Below, piece after piece: positions 34,841 to 39,611 of a stretch of DNA of 39,611 nt (the first letter of the stretch is position 1; each line of letters starts with the position of its first letter). Source of the stretch: a virus. Taxonomy: Duplodnaviria; Caudoviricetes. Position numbers and translations under genes: made by a program. The DNA is taken from positions 1 through 39,611 of the IMG/VR virus record IMGVR_UViG_3300031965_000082. One strand, written 5' to 3'. The notes under the pieces were generated by a model. It was not told the origin of the DNA and did no database searches. It saw nothing but the letters and a program-made list of their open reading frames with translations.

Positions 34841-37535
34841 TACTCGCTGACCACGCAGTAGGCGGGCGGCGTGTAGTCGGTAAAGTTGCGCTGGTACGCG
34901 TTGTACATCGCGGCGCGTGCGCCGCCCTCACCAGTGCCCCAGGAAAAGCCGAGCCACGCCATTGTGTGCGCGCGCTCCATGAACCGCATGCCGAGAGAAT
35001 CATCCTCCAACAACCAGACTATGTCGCTGTACCCTGTCCCCGGGGAGCTATCCCGCACGTTGGTGGTGACGGTGCCGGAAAACTCCATGTCGTCAACCTG
35101 AACCTCGTAGTCAACCACAAAGTCTATTTTTTCATTGCCGCTACCCGCCTCCGTGTACACAATGTAACTGGCAGACGCGAACGTCGCTACGAAGTGCGCT
35201 TTACCGTCGTCAAACAGGTTATCCGGCAGTGATATCTCCTCGAAGGGCGGGAAAGGCCCTCTGCCCAAGCTAAGCAACAACGTGTACCCCCAGTCCGGGC
35301 CGTCCGCTACGCGGGAGACATTCATCTGCATGCGGCACTCGATTGGGTTTATCAAGATGCCGTCCTCCCGAAACTGTAGCTCTGCCCCGCCTGATGAGTA
35401 GTAAAAATTTCCGTTTTGCGGGCCGATAGTGACACAGGAAAAGTTGACGAGGGGGTGGCCCGCGGTGATGAACGGGTTAGGACTGATGTAGAACCCGAAC
35501 GGGGCTGGCTCCGACCCGGAAGCGTTGTCCCTCTGAACTATTTTAAAGTCCGCCCCCGGGACGCTGCAAACATCTATCTCTCCAGCGAGGGTCCGAGAGT
35601 CGACCGACGCAGCCCAGTTGCCCCCCGCCAGGCTGCCCGGGTCGAAGCGCAACGTGTACCCCAGATCACCAGCCGTATCTATCTTACGATAGAACTCCGG
35701 TCGCGTGTTGGAGTATGTCGGATCGTCTAACGGCCAGTACGCGTCACCCAACTCCAGCGCCGACGTCTGGAACGCGCTGCAACTGTACGGTTGGCACTCC
35801 GGCGGCACGTAGGGCGGTATCTCGGGGGGCGTCGGCGGGAATATGTCGTTCAGCGCATCGATGGCCGCAGACAAACCGCCACAGAACCCGTTAAACAGCT
35901 CAGTCAGGTTGGCGCACTTGTCCAGTATCTTTTCCTCTATCGCAACGAGCTGCGCCGTGACGCGCCACCGCAGCCCCACCTGCGTGTAGTTCGGCACCCC
36001 ATCGAAATTGCACTCATGCGGGCGGGTGCGCTTTACGCCGTCGAAGCCCTCGACCATGAGGTTGATGTTAAACAGCCGCGACCCGCTGGCCAGGTCGTGG
36101 CGGAACCAGTTGCGGAACGCCTGCACTTGCGCGGCGTTGAACGACCAGGCGACGTCAAACATTTCATACCCCCCGTCGTCCTCCAGGATGAACAGCGGCG
36201 GCCCGCTGGCCAGGTCGTTGCGGCGGGTGCGTTGCTTTGACCGGTAGTTGTTGTGCGCCACCAGCACGCCAGGCAGCGCGCACGGGTAATCCACGTCCGC
36301 GCTGCCCGCCTCGACTGGGACCGGCGTCACAGTCAGCAGTGCGGCGTAGGAGGTTGTGACCAGTCCAGTAACGTCGGTAACTATAACCTCATACCGCGCG
36401 CCGCTGTTTTGCAGGTAGGCGACAAACGTCAACACGCGGCTTGTAGCGCCCGGCACAAAAGCGCCGTTAAGCACGCGCCATTGATACGTAAACGGGCCCA
36501 CCCCGAACGCACTGACGCGAAACGTAACGGCTCGGCCCTCTGCGACTGTGGCGTCCTCCGGGCCCTGCAGCACTGGTACTAGAATCGACGCCTTGTTTAC
36601 TGTAAGCGTCGCGTCGGCAGACTGCACCGAGTCAACACCGTCAGTCACCACCACGTGGTACACGTTGCCGTCGTCCAGCAAAGTGGTGGTGACGACGAGA
36701 GACGTGGCGTTCTCACCCAACATAAACTCGTCGTTGACGAACCACTGATACGACAGGGGGCCCGCGCCACCGTCGGCCGCCACGGTGAACGTGGCTCCCT
36801 CCCCCTGCGTCACAACCTGGTCTACTGGCTGCGTGGTTATGGCCAGCGCGGCAGTCGGTACATCATCCGGGAAAGCGGCTGAATCTGACGTATACGTAGC
36901 ATTGCGGCCGAACCCCACCAACCCCCTTATCTCATCCAGCCCCGCGACGTCGAAAGCTTGGTTAGCCGCCCCGGTCCGGTGGTTCCCCACGCAAATGCCC
37001 GTCGTACTTAGCTCGAAAGCCCTGTTGTCCGCGACGCTACCGTCGAGCGTAACGTCGCCGCCGATGCCGTCTACCCCGACAAAAATGCGTATAACGCCGC
37101 CGACGCGGGACACGCACCACGGTACGTCCTCGTTTTGTGGGGCCGTAATCGTTCCCGTTATCGCCGCAGCGCCGTCAACGTGGAAGACCAGCTTTCGGGC
37201 TGAGTTAAAATAGAGGAGGAAACCTCTGTCGGAATTAAGATCCGCCGGATCCCGGCAGTCTAAAATGTAGTGGTTTCTGTAGGCAAAGTTGCTGTCCGTT
37301 CGCGCCCACCCTTCAAAGGTGAAGTCCTCGTCCTCTGGGATATCAAGCGCATCGGTGGATAAGTACCGGTTTGTCGCATTGTTGAAGAAACGGGCGCCCG
37401 TGCTGCCGAAAACCGCCGGTATAGCCGCCAGCTCGGGGGTGCCCAGCCGGGACCACGTAGTGACGCCATACGTGTCCACGGGGTCGCTCGCCGTCGCCCC
37501 CTCAAAATGTAGCAGCATCACACCAGAGATTGCCA

Positions 37536-37536
<1 letters not shown>
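34840..37536 (-). CDS. Enlarged distal tail protein: LamG-like, two Ig-like, Dit core and C-terminal domain
   Basis: LLHFEG, DFTFEGW and LDEIR (LamG). Two ITTQP..G.GP.SYQW repeats (Ig). YP..LP...V.W.F...Q..AF..WF..DL..GS..F (Dit core). Confidence 0.78.

Positions 37537-39611
<2,075 letters not shown>

Overview
This window is an apparently complete, circularly permuted ~39.5 kb genome of a tailed dsDNA phage with siphovirus-like tail genes. Bases 1-120 recur at 39486-39611, and one gene reads in frame across that join. The minus-strand morphogenesis operon starts at ~13486 with terS, terL, a DUF1073-type portal, a gp7/MuF protein, a DUF2213-type protease/scaffold, a decoration protein and the major capsid protein. 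It continues with head-tail genes, the tail tube, a frameshifting tail chaperone and the tape measure. It then crosses the junction into a (Glu-Pro)n-linked beta-propeller protein, an enlarged distal tail protein, DUF1833, NlpC/P60, a J-like tip protein and a beta-helix tailspike. Replication genes are a primase-polymerase/SF3 helicase, an SF2 helicase, a DUF2800 nuclease, a DUF2815 SSB, a family A polymerase and VRR-NUC. A symmetric AT-rich intergenic element at 13568-13895 has a perfect 44-bp inverted repeat, 6+6 opposed octamers and two IHF boxes, and is the likely origin. An accessory region at ~17.9-22.8 kb holds NADAR, an XF1762/Mom-like protein, a J-domain fragment, a duplicated membrane peptide gene, an M23 peptidase with a holin candidate, a cupin-like protein and a collapsed methyltransferase. 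I found no integrase, tRNA, CRISPR array or reverse transcriptase. All family assignments come from motif recognition and gene order, not database searches.
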